A stretch of 63,065 nucleotides of DNA, counting the filler, from Octopus bimaculoides (lineage: Eukaryota), in NCBI RefSeq assembly GCF_001194135.2. It is 6 parts of 6 records of this genome, joined end to end, with 100 filler letters (N's around TTAATTAATTAA, not from the genome) between each part and the next. Parts side by side here need not be neighbours in the genome. Positions count along the whole stretch, not along the records: positions 40,542 to 54,376 come from NC_068999.1; positions 54,477 to 60,254 come from NC_068990.1; positions 60,355 to 63,065 come from NC_068997.1; 3 more parts are not named here. One strand, written 5' to 3'. Below the pieces are notes generated by a model. That model searched no databases, was not told the origin of the DNA, and saw nothing but the letters and a program-made list of their open reading frames with translations. The position numbers and the translations under genes are program-made. Positions 51,874 through 63,065 of the stretch are shown here, piece by piece (position 1 is the first letter of the stretch; every line of letters starts with the position of its first letter).

Positions 51874-53280
51874 GTGTGTATAAATACCTACACACATCCT
51901 TACATACTCTTATGTCTTACAAGTGTGTGCTGATATACAAACTAAAGCTGCATCGACAAGACTCGGTAATATAAATATAAAAACATGTCTGGGTAACTAT
52001 GTGATGTGTGTATGTATGTGTGTACCTGTGTTTGTGTGTCGATGTGTGCCTGTGTGTGTGTATATGTGTATATGTATGTGCATGCGTGGGTTTTCGCTTA
52101 TGTGTCTACGCGCAAAGCATGAATGCCTGTGTTGTAAAACCAGCGGCTGTTTAAATATGTTGTCATTTGTTAAGTGGAGCACGGCAACACCATCTTTCCA
52201 GTTGAATTCCCACAAACAACAGAACTATATTCCCTCGTCCTACCACCTCCACCACCACCATTATGCCCTAGAATCATAAACAGAAACTTAATGGCAATAT
52301 ATCGTCATGGAACTGTGGAAATAGTTGGTGGCGGTCACGTGTGGACGACATACGTCTGACTGACGATGTAGGACAGAGTGGTTGTACACGTACATATACA
52401 GACACGAATATACAGATACAAACACACATACACACATAGACACACACACATATATTTGAATGTATATGGAGATATATGTACCAATTTTATGTGTCTTTAT
52501 AAAGGGGAAAAGAGACAGACAGACAGACAGACATACAAAGAGAAATATACGCACATATAAGCGAGTATGTGTGTCATATATTTTTACTATGATAAATATG
52601 CAGAAATCTGCATATAGATACATACATTCATACATAAGCACATACATGTGTGCGTGTGTGTGTACGTGTGTGTGTGCGAGTGTTAGTGATTGTCTTTGTG
52701 AATAGTGCACCAGCATGGCCGTGGTCGAATGAGTGATACAAATAAGCAAAAGAATATATAGANNNNNNNNNNNNNNNNNNNNNNNNNNNNNNNNNNNNNN
52801 NNNNNNNNNNNNNNNNNNNNNNNNNNNNNNNNNNNNNNNNNNNNNNNNNNNNNNNNNNNNNNNNNNNNNNNNNNNNNNNNNNNNNNNNNNNNNNNNNNNN
52901 NNNNNNNNNNNNNNNNNNNNNNNNNNNNNNNNNNNNNNNNNNNNNNNNNNNNNNNNNNNNNNNNNNNNNNNNNNNNNNNNNNNNNNNNNNNNNNNNNNNN
53001 NNNNGAGAGAGAGAGAGAGAGAGAGAAACTTAGATATGTTTCGACCAAAGATTGGTCCAGGGCATGTCTAACTTAATAGCACCACCTGATAGGATCATAT
53101 ATCTATATATCTATATCTATATATCTATCTACGTGTATATATGTGTGTGTGTGTGTGTGTGTTTGTGTGTTTGTATAATATGAGAGTGTGCTTCTCCTCC
53201 GGTTTTATGTATTTCTACAAACGATCCTATATATATATGTATATATATATGTATATATATATATATATATTTATTACTCA

Positions 53281-53315
<35 letters not shown>

Positions 53316-53316
53316 C

Positions 53317-53378
<62 letters not shown>

Positions 53379-53447
53379 CTCTCTCTCTCTCTCTACATAT
53401 ATATATATTTATTACTCACTCTCTCTCTCTTTCTCTCTCTCTATCTA

Positions 53448-53534
<87 letters not shown>

Positions 53535-54300
53535 GCGTGTATGTATGTATTACTCTGACACACATTCTCCCACTGTAACTCAAGTCCTCCTCTTCTCACT
53601 CACACCACCACCATCCATTATGTTCTTCACTGTGACAATGTCACCGTCCCTCCACCTTAAAACACACACACACGCACACACATATACATACATATACATA
53701 CACACATAGATACACATACACATACATATAGGTACTCACTCATACATAGGCAGTGACCCAGAAAGCTATCAAAGAGTGACATCATGTGAAATAATGCCAT
53801 ATTGATAGATCTTAGGCCGACACACACACACACACACACACAAACGTGAACACACATACAGATGCACACACACACAGACACACACACATACATTCACACA
53901 CACACACACAATCATAGATGCAAATATTTATATATATATATATATATGCACACGCACATATTCACACAAGTACATAAACATGCATGCATAGAGACATACA
54001 AAGTTAATTTGGCGCACACACACACACACACAAACATGGACACATATACAGATGTACTGTACACACACACACACACACCTTACCAGGCATAATATTGAAA
54101 TTGGACACACAGACAAGACATGTCCTGTCGACACTTCCCATCTGTTACATTTATTGCAGCTGCTTTGTATGTGTGTGTGTGCACTATTGTAGTTACGCAG
54201 ATACACACATGCACACACACACACACACATAATACACACATATATATACAAACAAATATACCTGAATATATACGTGCAAGTATGTGTGTGTGTGTATCTA

Positions 54301-54337
<37 letters not shown>

Positions 54338-54344
54338 CACTCTA

Positions 54345-54376
<32 letters not shown>

Positions 54377-54476
54377 NNNNNNNNNNNNNNNNNNNNNNNN
54401 NNNNNNNNNNNNNNNNNNNNTTAATTAATTAANNNNNNNNNNNNNNNNNNNNNNNNNNNNNNNNNNNNNNNNNNNN

Positions 54477-54516
<40 letters not shown>

Positions 54517-57500
54517 GCTGGATATATATATTTGTGTGGAGCACATGTGTGTATATGTGGGTGGGTATGTGCGAGTGTGACTGTATGTATGTGCGCGCGT
54601 GTGTGAGTGTGAGTGTGTGTTTGTGTATATATATATGTGGGGGGGGGCGTTTTCTATGAATAAATGTAATGAATATTCACTGGTTATCGAATTCATTGCT
54701 ACTGCAAAATCTATTATTTATTATAATTCTATTTATGACAGTGAAATCCAATTCGCCCATGATATATATCTTATTAAAAGATTGAAATTATCGTGTTGCA
54801 ATATAATATTTATTTCTATTAAATTTTCGATATACTTTGTAATCTTTGTTGATTTTACTACTTGTTGAACTGATGATACTGGTTGCACACACACACACTC
54901 CCCCATACAAGCATACTCACACGAACACACGCAGACTTACACATTCCAGCTACTTTCAAGCACTTCCCATCACACAAACACGCACACACACAAACACACA
55001 CATACACAGACACACACATATATATGTATAGTTACTACACTTTTTTATTATATAATTTATACGTATGTCATTTTTTTCCGTTTGGTGTCCTCTTTTTCTT
55101 TAATCCTAAATATATATATATATATATATATANNNNNNNNNNNNNNNNNNNNNNNNNNNNNNNNNNNNNNNNNNNNNNNNNNNNNNNNNNNNNNNNNNNN
55201 NNNNNNNNNNNNNNNNNNNNNNNNNNNNNNNNNNNNNNNNNNNNNNNNNNNNNNNNNNNNNNNNNNNNNNNNNNNNNNNNNNNNNNNNNNNNNNNNNNNN
55301 NNNNNNNNNNNNNNNNNNNNNNNNNNNNNNNNNNNNNNNNNNNNNNNNNNNNNNNNNNNNNNNNNNNNNNNNNNNNNNNNNNNNNNNNNNNNNNNNNNNN
55401 NNNNNNNNNNNNNNNNNNNNNNNNNNNNNNNNNNNNNNNNNNNNNNNNNNNNNNNNNNNNNNNNNNNNNNNNNNNNNNNNNNNNNNNNNNNNNNNNNNNN
55501 NNNNNNNNNNNNNNNNNNNNNNNNNNNNNNNNNNNNNNNNNNNNNNNNNNNNNNNNNNNNNNNNNNNNNNNNNNNNNNNNNNNNNNNNNNNNNNNNNNNN
55601 NNNNNNNNNNNNNNNNNNNNNNNNNNNNNNNNNNNNNNNNNNNNNNNNNNNNNNNNNNNNNNNNNNNNNNNNNNNNNNNNNNNNNNNNNNNNNNNNNNNN
55701 NNNNNNNNNNNNNNNNNNNNNNNNNNNNNNNNNNNNNNNNNNNNNNNNNNNNNNNNNNNNNNNNNNNNNNNNNNNNNNNNNNNNNNNNNNNNNNNNNNNN
55801 NNNNNNNNNNNNNNNNNNNNNNNNNNNNNNNNNNNNNNNNNNNNNNNNNNNNNNNNNNNNNNNNNNNNNNNNNNNNNNNNNNNNNNNNNNNNNNNNNNNN
55901 NNNNNNNNNATATATATATATATATATATATACTGTATATACGGTTAGATGTGTAAATACCAGTGTATGAGCTACCATTCTACGTCCATCGTCCCGTCAC
56001 CTTCATTATAAGTACCACTGTACTTAGCAGTGTTACTAGTTAGTTATATAAAGCATATATCTAAATTAAAATTTAGCTAGGCATAATTATAATACCTTCT
56101 ACGTACGTTTCACCAATGCAGTTATGTGGAACTCAGTAGTGGATGTCCCAAGTGCACTTGGAAGTCTAGTGACCGTAGGTCGTCAAGTGCATTCATTATT
56201 GCATTCTTATTATACAGATCATTCAATTTATACTCGAGAATATGTATCCAATTTCTACAATTATTTTAAATGGTGGTACACCAATTCACAGCACTCACGA
56301 AATACTCTTTGCCCTGCACACCTTAGATCAGGTGTACACATATATATTTATATGTTTGTATGTATATAGGCATGAGTGGGTGAATGGCTGCATACAAATG
56401 TGCTTATGTTTCAGATATGTCCATCTATGTGAAACTTATCACGTCAAAATTGTTTGGCTAACTTTTTCTACCCACAATATGTTGAAATTAAATCAGCGTA
56501 GAATGTATTAAAATGTTCCATTATAATTAATCTGATGATATCTACATTCACTCGAAGCAATAATACAGATAGAAGTTTGAAAAGCCCGCCATCTTACGTA
56601 CAAATTTAAACATTGAATATACTGCGAACTTTGCTCAGCAAAAATGCGTGTAATATGGATATATATTCCTCAAGCTTACGCAAATAAGCAAGCAGATAGA
56701 TAAATAGATAGATAGATGGACAGAAAGCGAAAGAGCCAGAGAAAGAGAGGGAGGGGCAGGTAGAGAAGAAATAACACACATTATGTGTTCTAGAAAAGTT
56801 GGCAGTTACAAATCTCAACAGACGGAGTTGAATTATATCAGTCATCAGGTTGCAGACGTGCGACGAAATTTTGACACATCGAAATTAGTAAGAAAATTAA
56901 ACATGTGAGATATGCTTGCTCTTAAATTCGTAAAATGGTTCTTAACCGATTCATTTAATGTACTTATGAATATCATATAAGTGCACGATTATATACACGT
57001 TCGTATCGGTAGGTTTTTGTTTGTTTGTCTGTACACACACATATACACACTCGAACACATACACACACTCACACACATACATGCATGAAATAATGCCCTT
57101 TTCCATATATGCTATGTGTATGTATATGTGTCCAATGGATATTGGTAAAAGATATCATTAATTCATTATTAAGCGCAGGTGAACTCAGTAAGATAGAACT
57201 AAAGTGTTAATCAAAGAGAATATGTCATTATTTTCAATAATTATTAGATTAATATATCGATTTTCTAACATTACAATCACCTGACATTACCGACAACAAG
57301 AGAAATATCCGTGTGTAATATCTCGTATCTATCTGCTTAATTATATGTGGCAATATTCAATGGTAAATCATGTGGAATTACCATTGTGTTAAGTGTTTGA
57401 TCTTAAGAGGTAGTCTGATTATTTATCAGAATTCTAGAAAATATTGTTGAATATTCTATTAAGTAATTCACAACTGTAATCGTGAAACATAATACACATG

Positions 57501-57681
57501 CATGTATGTCTGTGTGAATAGGGTTTCAAAGAATCAGACTGCTCAAAGAAAGCTCCGAACTTGGTTAGGTGCTAGCAGGAAAGACGTGGTGAAGGCTTTG
57601 TAAGTTACTAAGAGAAAGCGACTATGGAAGTCTATTGGTACAATAATGACTATAACAATAACTATAATGATATATCATCAT

Positions 57682-57727
<46 letters not shown>

Positions 57728-58140
57728 AAGATTCACTGAAAAATGATAGATGGACAAAGGTCATCAATAATAAGGGAAATTACTTCATTGAATAGAATTT
57801 ATTGAAAGGTCAATTATTAATATCCATTTTTGTATATTAAAAAAAACGGTCAGTACTTTCCGTACGACCTAATAATTATATATGGCAATATATAAATGCG
57901 TTTTCGTTTTTCAATATTGAATTTTATTTGCAATAGCCAGTTCTTTTGGTCAAAGTATCACATCTCCAGCTACTTTAGATGACAAGATATCAAAAATTCT
58001 CCAGGTGCAGGCTTTGCTATGGAATGGTGAAATTATTTTTTTCGCTTTTCAGGAAAAAGCAGCGTTTAGAACTATGATACTTTTGCCTAATAGCAACCGA
58101 ATAGTAGATATGTGTATATGTCTGTGTGTGTACATACATG

Positions 58141-58178
<38 letters not shown>

Positions 58179-60215
58179 NNNNNNNNNNNNNNNNNNNNNN
58201 NNNNNNNNNNNNNNNNNNNNNNNNNNNNNNNNNNNNNNNNNNNNNNNNNNNNNNNNNNNNNNNATACATATATATATATATATATATATAAATATATATA
58301 TTTATAAGACATTCTACTACGCAGTATAAATCTACCGAGTTTCACTTATTAAGCTATTGTAAAAGACATCTGATCAAGGAGTCACATAGTGGAATCGAGT
58401 TCGTAACAACATTTCTGCCAAGCCGAGTTCATAATCAGTCAGCCGTGCCCTCGCCTGTAAACCACTGAAACACACAAACGAAATAATCTCTTGCATTCAC
58501 ACATGAATACGTGAGTTCAATTTATGCGTCTCCTTACGTATGTTTAATATAAATGTATGAATTTGCACGTACCATATATATGTAAGAATGTATGTCTGTC
58601 AACGAGGGCTTGTAATGAATGCGTATTTTTATGTGTATAAATGTGTAGTGATATATACATTTCTTCGTATGTGTGGGCTTTAATATATGCTCATAAAGGG
58701 TGTGTGTAAAATATGTTTATATATCCGTATGCCATGCACTTATTCATGCATCAGTCTGTTCATGAGTGTTTATAATAAACATGCTTCTCCATGTGTATGC
58801 GCAATATATTGTATAAATATGTATGCGTACGAACATGCGTATATATGTAAATAAAAAACAAAGTAGGTTTGTGTATGTATTTAGAGAAAGAGGGGGGTTA
58901 GTAAGAGAATGCACGCGCGTGTGCTTGTGTGTGTGTGTGTGAGAGTGCGAGCGCTCAATATTTTTGTAAACATTTAACTCGTTTTCATATTTCAATTCTA
59001 TGCTTTATGAGAAAATTCATAACATTTAAACATTTTTGTAACCCTTACTTTTCAATGGGAGAATTTCTTTGAAATGTCTATGCATTGCTACTATTTGGCA
59101 CATTTAATAGTTCCATATCTACCTGCTGCTAAGACAGTGTTCAGAAATGGCATCCTTAGAAATTTAATTCAATGGAATAATCTATTTAAATGTTAAATAT
59201 TTTCAAAATATTCCTGTGGATTTGACACTCAACATTACAAAAGATGCTCAGCTACAAAAGTCTACTTCTCTGTGTATTTATCCGTTTATACTTTCTTCTT
59301 TCCTCTGTTGCGTTGTTGGCGGATACATATTGCTTTTCAGCTTCTAGAATATCGAAATAATAATAATAACAATAATAATAATAATAAAAACAACAACAAC
59401 AAAAACAACAACAGCGACAACAACAACAACAACAATGGTAAATAAATACACGCGTTCTAATGTGTCTGTATAGAAAAAGATATTAAAAAATGGAAATGAT
59501 TGAATTTTCTTTAAGGCATGACAGTTTCATTCGATGGATAATGTCAGTGACATCTGCCTCAACTTAATATCCCGCTGTTTCTCTGTTTATGACAGGAGAT
59601 TTTACTAATAACAGTTACATGTTGTTACGGTTCGTTTTGCGATCCCAAAGAAGAAAGGGTTTCAAAATAAGGATCTATAGAAAGGCATCAACCTGTCAAG
59701 GGAATTCTAAATGACATAACTATCGTGACAACATTCATAAGTCTATTTCGATGTACATTATTTTACGGTGGTAGGGAAGAAAGAAAGGAGAGAAAAAAAA
59801 GAAGAACTGAATGCATTTAATATTCACATGCTGGGATAGATATTTTGAGTTCAAATCCACAACAAGTTGTTTCAGGAAGCTTACGTTTCAAGCAGAGGAT
59901 TTAATTTTATATTTCGTTATCTCACTTTCCTTTCGCAAATACCTATGCCCGTGTCTCGTGAAAACTGCGGCTACATTTTACAGAGGATTTATACAAAGTG
60001 ATTTATAAACAGCAACAGTTAAGAATCCTATTCATCAGTAAATGCGGTTGTATTATATTGACATGTTTCACTGAGTGAAAACACATTACAGTTTCAAATA
60101 AATACGAGCGCGTGTGTTTAGAGAGAGGGTGAGATATACCTGTATGCACATTCCCTCACATACGTTGACATAAATATACATACATACATATATACATACA
60201 TAAATAAATGCATAC

Positions 60216-60254
<39 letters not shown>

Positions 60255-60354
60255 NNNNNNNNNNNNNNNNNNNNNNNNNNNNNNNNNNNNNNNNNNNNTT
60301 AATTAATTAANNNNNNNNNNNNNNNNNNNNNNNNNNNNNNNNNNNNNNNNNNNN

Positions 60355-60610
60355 GGTTGCTTTCTCGTTTTCTGTGACCTTTTCTGGCATGTGTTTATAC
60401 CATCTTTTTTCTGTTGTTATTCCATAGTGTTGGCATAGCTTCCAGTGTATATAGGTCGCAGCTCTGTCATGTCTGTGAATATATTCCTTCTTAGCCAGGA
60501 CTGGGCAGCCAGAAATAATATGATTTATTGTTTCTTGTCCATCTCCACATATTCTACAGTTACTTGTTATATTTCTTTTCATTATGTGTTTTTGGTAATT
60601 TCTGGTGGGG
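60355..60610 (-). mobile_element. R4/Dong-like RLE non-LTR retrotransposon fragment (copy B, CCHC region)
   Basis: KRNITSNCRICGDGQETINHIISGCPVLAKKEYIHRHDRAATYIHWKLCQHYG...; runs into a gap. Confidence 0.85.
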
Positions 60611-60614
60611 AGGC

Positions 60615-60662
<48 letters not shown>

Positions 60663-60666
60663 CATT

Positions 60667-60700
<34 letters not shown>

Positions 60701-60715
60701 TCATCATTATTATTC

Positions 60716-61290
60716 AGTAGTCCTATTTTTATAACGTACTTTCACTGCACTACCGAGCGCAGCTCTGTGTGCCTTGGGTATGTGCTGTGGTTTGTTGCAC
60801 TTATTTTTACTGTATTGGAAGTGTTTTACGTAGGACGTGTGAGGTGCCTAGTTGTGTTATTTTCTGTATGTTATATATACTTGTAAGTCCTGGTGTTTTT
60901 CTTATGCATTTGTGTGAATATTTTTTTATCATACCTCATGCACCCACTATGATAGGAATTGTTTCTGTTTTCAGGCTCCACATTCGAGTTACCTCTATTT
61001 CCAAATCTTTATATTTTGTAAGTTTCTCCCTTTCTTTTAGAGAAACATTGTCATCTGTTGGTATTGATACATCGATTAGGAAGCATTTTTTTTTCTTGGT
61101 GATCTCTGACAACTATATCCAGCGTGTTAGCCTTGATTTTTCTATCTGTGTGTATTGGCATATCCCAGAGTATGGCGGCTTTCTCACTTTCTGTGACCTT
61201 TTCTGATGTGTGCCTATACCATCTTTTTTCCGTTGTTGTTCCATAGTGTTGGCATAGCTTCCAGTGTATATAGGATAGGTCACAACTCTG
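60716..61290 (-). mobile_element. R4/Dong-like RLE non-LTR retrotransposon, 5'-truncated 3' end with UTR (copy A)
   Basis: YIHWKLCQHYG...ILWDMPIHTDRKIKANTLDIVVRDHQEKK...DVSIPTDDNVSLKEREKLTKYKDLEIEVTRMWSLKTETIPII...IQKITQLGTSHVLRKTL; the 3' UTR ends in an AAT/TAA array. Confidence 0.9.
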
Positions 61291-61465
61291 TCGTAGAAGG
61301 CAGTGTGACAATTATAAAGATATGTTATGCCACCTATGTAGCAGAATCACTTGTCGAAGCACTGCACTCGCTGCGTAGCACACTTTTTAATATATTTTAA
61401 TGGGTTACAGAAAACAATTTTATACTTTATGAATCAACAATCCATTATTTTTCTGTATATTTTAG

Positions 61466-61620
61466 GGTCAGAGCAACCAACACAAAATGAGCTTTATGAA
61501 GTTATTTTACCAATTCTTTCATTGAGCGAATGCTCCCAGACATTTAGCGAACTATGTAGTGGGAACACGTCAACGAAAATATGTGCTGGATATTTTGAAC
61601 GAGACAGAGGAATATGTCCG
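61466..61620 (+). CDS. S1A serine protease, penultimate coding exon
   Basis: Acceptor tattttag|GG (phase 1), donor CCG|GTAAGT (phase 0). Translation (G)SEQPTQNELYEVILPILSLSECSQTFSELCSGNTSTKICAGYFERDRGICP aligns with trypsin L..L.APILS.S.C...MFCAGYLEGGKDSCQ. Confidence 0.93.
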
Positions 61621-61944
61621 GTAAGTAACCGACTGAAGACTTTCTAGAAATCTAATTGGATATTATGGATATTCCTACTGGAATATTAGTCTTAAGTGGG
61701 TTCCCTTTATCACAAATTTGTAACAGATTCCTTAAATACTCTTCTTAGTCAATTAGTGCACAGCTAACCTGTCACATCTCTCAACTTTTCTTTCTTCCTT
61801 ATCGCATACCTTGTTATCAGCTGGGCATGCTATATCTATGATCCAGCATAGTTTGTTTTCTTTCTCAATTAAGACTATGTCTGGCCTCCTATTCTTCTCA
61901 ATTAAGACTATGTCTGACTTCCTATTCTATTATTATTATTATTA

Positions 61945-62003
<59 letters not shown>

Positions 62004-62116
62004 GTTGTTGTTGTTATCATCATCATCATCATCATATTGACTACTAAAATAACTCTTTACAACCAACACTGCCTATATATAATAATATCAATAACTGTTT
62101 TACTTTCTTCTTGTAG

Positions 62117-62347
62117 GGCGATAGTGGCGGACCCTTAATCTGTCGTTTTAAGCAAGAATGGGTACTTTCAGGGATCACGTCATTTACTCTCAGTCACCTT
62201 CCGGCAATCTTCACGAAAGTAACATCCTATGAAAAATGGATTAACGAAACTATATACAACGATTTCAAAGAAAATTCAGACCAGTTAGCAGACGAAGACC
62301 GACATGAAATTTTTCCACATTATATAAAGCGAATTTCTGGGAATTAA
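62117..62347 (+). CDS. S1A serine protease, last coding exon containing catalytic Ser195
   Basis: Acceptor ctttcttcttgtag|GGC, in phase with the previous exon. Translation GDSGGPLICRFKQEWVLSGITSFTLSHLPAIFTKVTSYEKWINETIYNDFKENSDQLADEDRHEIFPHYIKRISGN*. Absent from the ORF track because it has no start codon. Confidence 0.95.
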   Translation, partial: GDSGGPLICRFKQEWVLSGITSFTLSHLPAIFTKVTSYEKWINETIYNDFKENSDQLADEDRHEIFPHYIKRISGN

Positions 62348-62385
62348 AATGATCGACCTATCACGTATAATAATCTTAATACTAT

Positions 62386-62488
62386 AATAAACCGCAATTA
62401 CTACTGCTCTATTTTTACAATCGTAAATATTATTGGTTTGCTTGCGTAAAATCAACTTCATCTGATTCTCATTCCAAACGAAAATAAA
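62386..62488 (+). terminator. Candidate polyadenylation signals of the protease gene
   Basis: AATAAA at 62386-62391 and 62483-62488, downstream of the stop codon; AT-rich context makes chance matches likely. Confidence 0.4.
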
Positions 62489-62674
62489 TATATCTCCTAA
62501 ATGAGAATGCCCAAAGACGGTGTGATTTCGCCAAGTGACAATATATGTTTATAAAAACAATTAAATGCATGTTCTATTCCACTACAACAAAAATACTCAG
62601 AATAGTTTATAGATTTGAAGTAGCTTAAAACTTACTACTATATCATATATACGACATCTTAACACTATGTTTGT

Positions 62675-63005
62675 GAAGGCGCATGGCTCAGTAGTTTGAG
62701 CGTCGAGCTTACGATCGTGAGGTTGTCTGTTCGATTCCTGGACCGGGCTGCGTATTGTGTTCTTGAGCAAGACACTTTATTTCACGTTGCTCCAGTTAAC
62801 TCAGCTGTAGAAATGAGTTGCGACATCACTGGTACCAAGCTGTATCGGTCTTTGCCTTTCTCTTGGATAACATCGGTGGCGTGGAGAGAGGAGGTTGGTA
62901 TGCATGGGTGACTGCTGGCCTTCCATAAACAACCTTGCCCGGACTTGTGCCCCGGAGGGTAACTTTCTAGGTGCAATCCCATGGTCAATGACCGAAGGAG
63001 GTCTC
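62675..63005 (+). mobile_element. tRNA-derived SINE with a family C-like head and a different tail
   Basis: gaaggcgcatggctcagtagtttgagcg...gttcgattcctggacc head; ttcacgttgctccagt..actcagctg core shared with 32610; tail ends gtgcaatcccatggtcaatgaccgaaggaggtctc. Confidence 0.8.
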
Positions 63006-63065
63006 AAATACTGTTTATATCTTATATACATTTATAATCTGCCGTGGAAGCTTGTGAATACAATC

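Noticed and set aside
52321-52359. EIVGGGHVWTTYV*, resembling a mature protease N-terminus
   Set aside because: No P..WPW motif at the expected spacing, an in-frame stop follows and there is no good donor; GGT-rich low complexity.
54742-54792. FAHDIYLIKRLKL, resembling the Asp102 DIALxKL motif
   Set aside because: No preceding HP.Y and weak splice sites.
59244-59360. 38-aa hydrophobic ORF MLSYKSLLLCVFIRLYFLLSSVALLA..., with VVGG in another frame
   Set aside because: T-rich composition explains the hydrophobicity; no donor site, and VVGG is followed by a stop.
59596-59730. CUB-like YMLLRFVLRSQRRKGFKIRIY and nearby HQPVKGILNDITIV
   Set aside because: Each is closed by stops and lacks compatible splice sites and downstream protease context.
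61862-61927. 33-bp tandem duplication in the last protease intron
   Set aside because: Ordinary local slippage with no effect on splice signals.

Overview
AT-rich eukaryotic draft-genome DNA with many microsatellites and N gaps. The SINE families and repeat landscape suggest a cephalopod, most likely Octopus; this is inferred from recalled repeat families, not from a search. Nearly all long ORFs in the supplied track are artefacts of N gaps or microsatellites. The only well-supported host gene is a + strand S1A (chymotrypsin-fold) serine protease, of which the last two coding exons are clear (61466-61620 and 62117-62347; canonical splice sites, GDSGGP motif). Its His57 and Asp102 exons could not be found with confidence, and a signal-peptide-like first exon at 24369-24494 is only a weak candidate. 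The protease has an unusual S1 pocket (G189/I190/P192/T216/A226), a shortened 220-loop lacking Cys220, an extra Cys in the 170-loop and an acidic C-terminal tail. The rest is decayed mobile DNA: tRNA-derived SINEs, Tc1 and mariner transposase fragments, hAT and Tigger ends, RTE, L2/CR1 and R4/Dong-like LINE fragments, and several Penelope-like (PLE) fragments. The most unusual non-genic features are a cluster at 18.4-20.2 kb of two long fold-back elements (one an inverted pair of degenerate hammerhead-ribozyme modules), further hammerhead-like motifs at about 8.6, 16.2 and 19.6 kb, a convergent pair of tRNA-like elements at about 45.2 kb, and a minisatellite that appears to have arisen from a retrotransposon ORF at about 51.2 kb. 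I found no rRNA, intact tRNA, CRISPR array or intact transposon ORF, and I see no strong evidence for a wholly new biological system.
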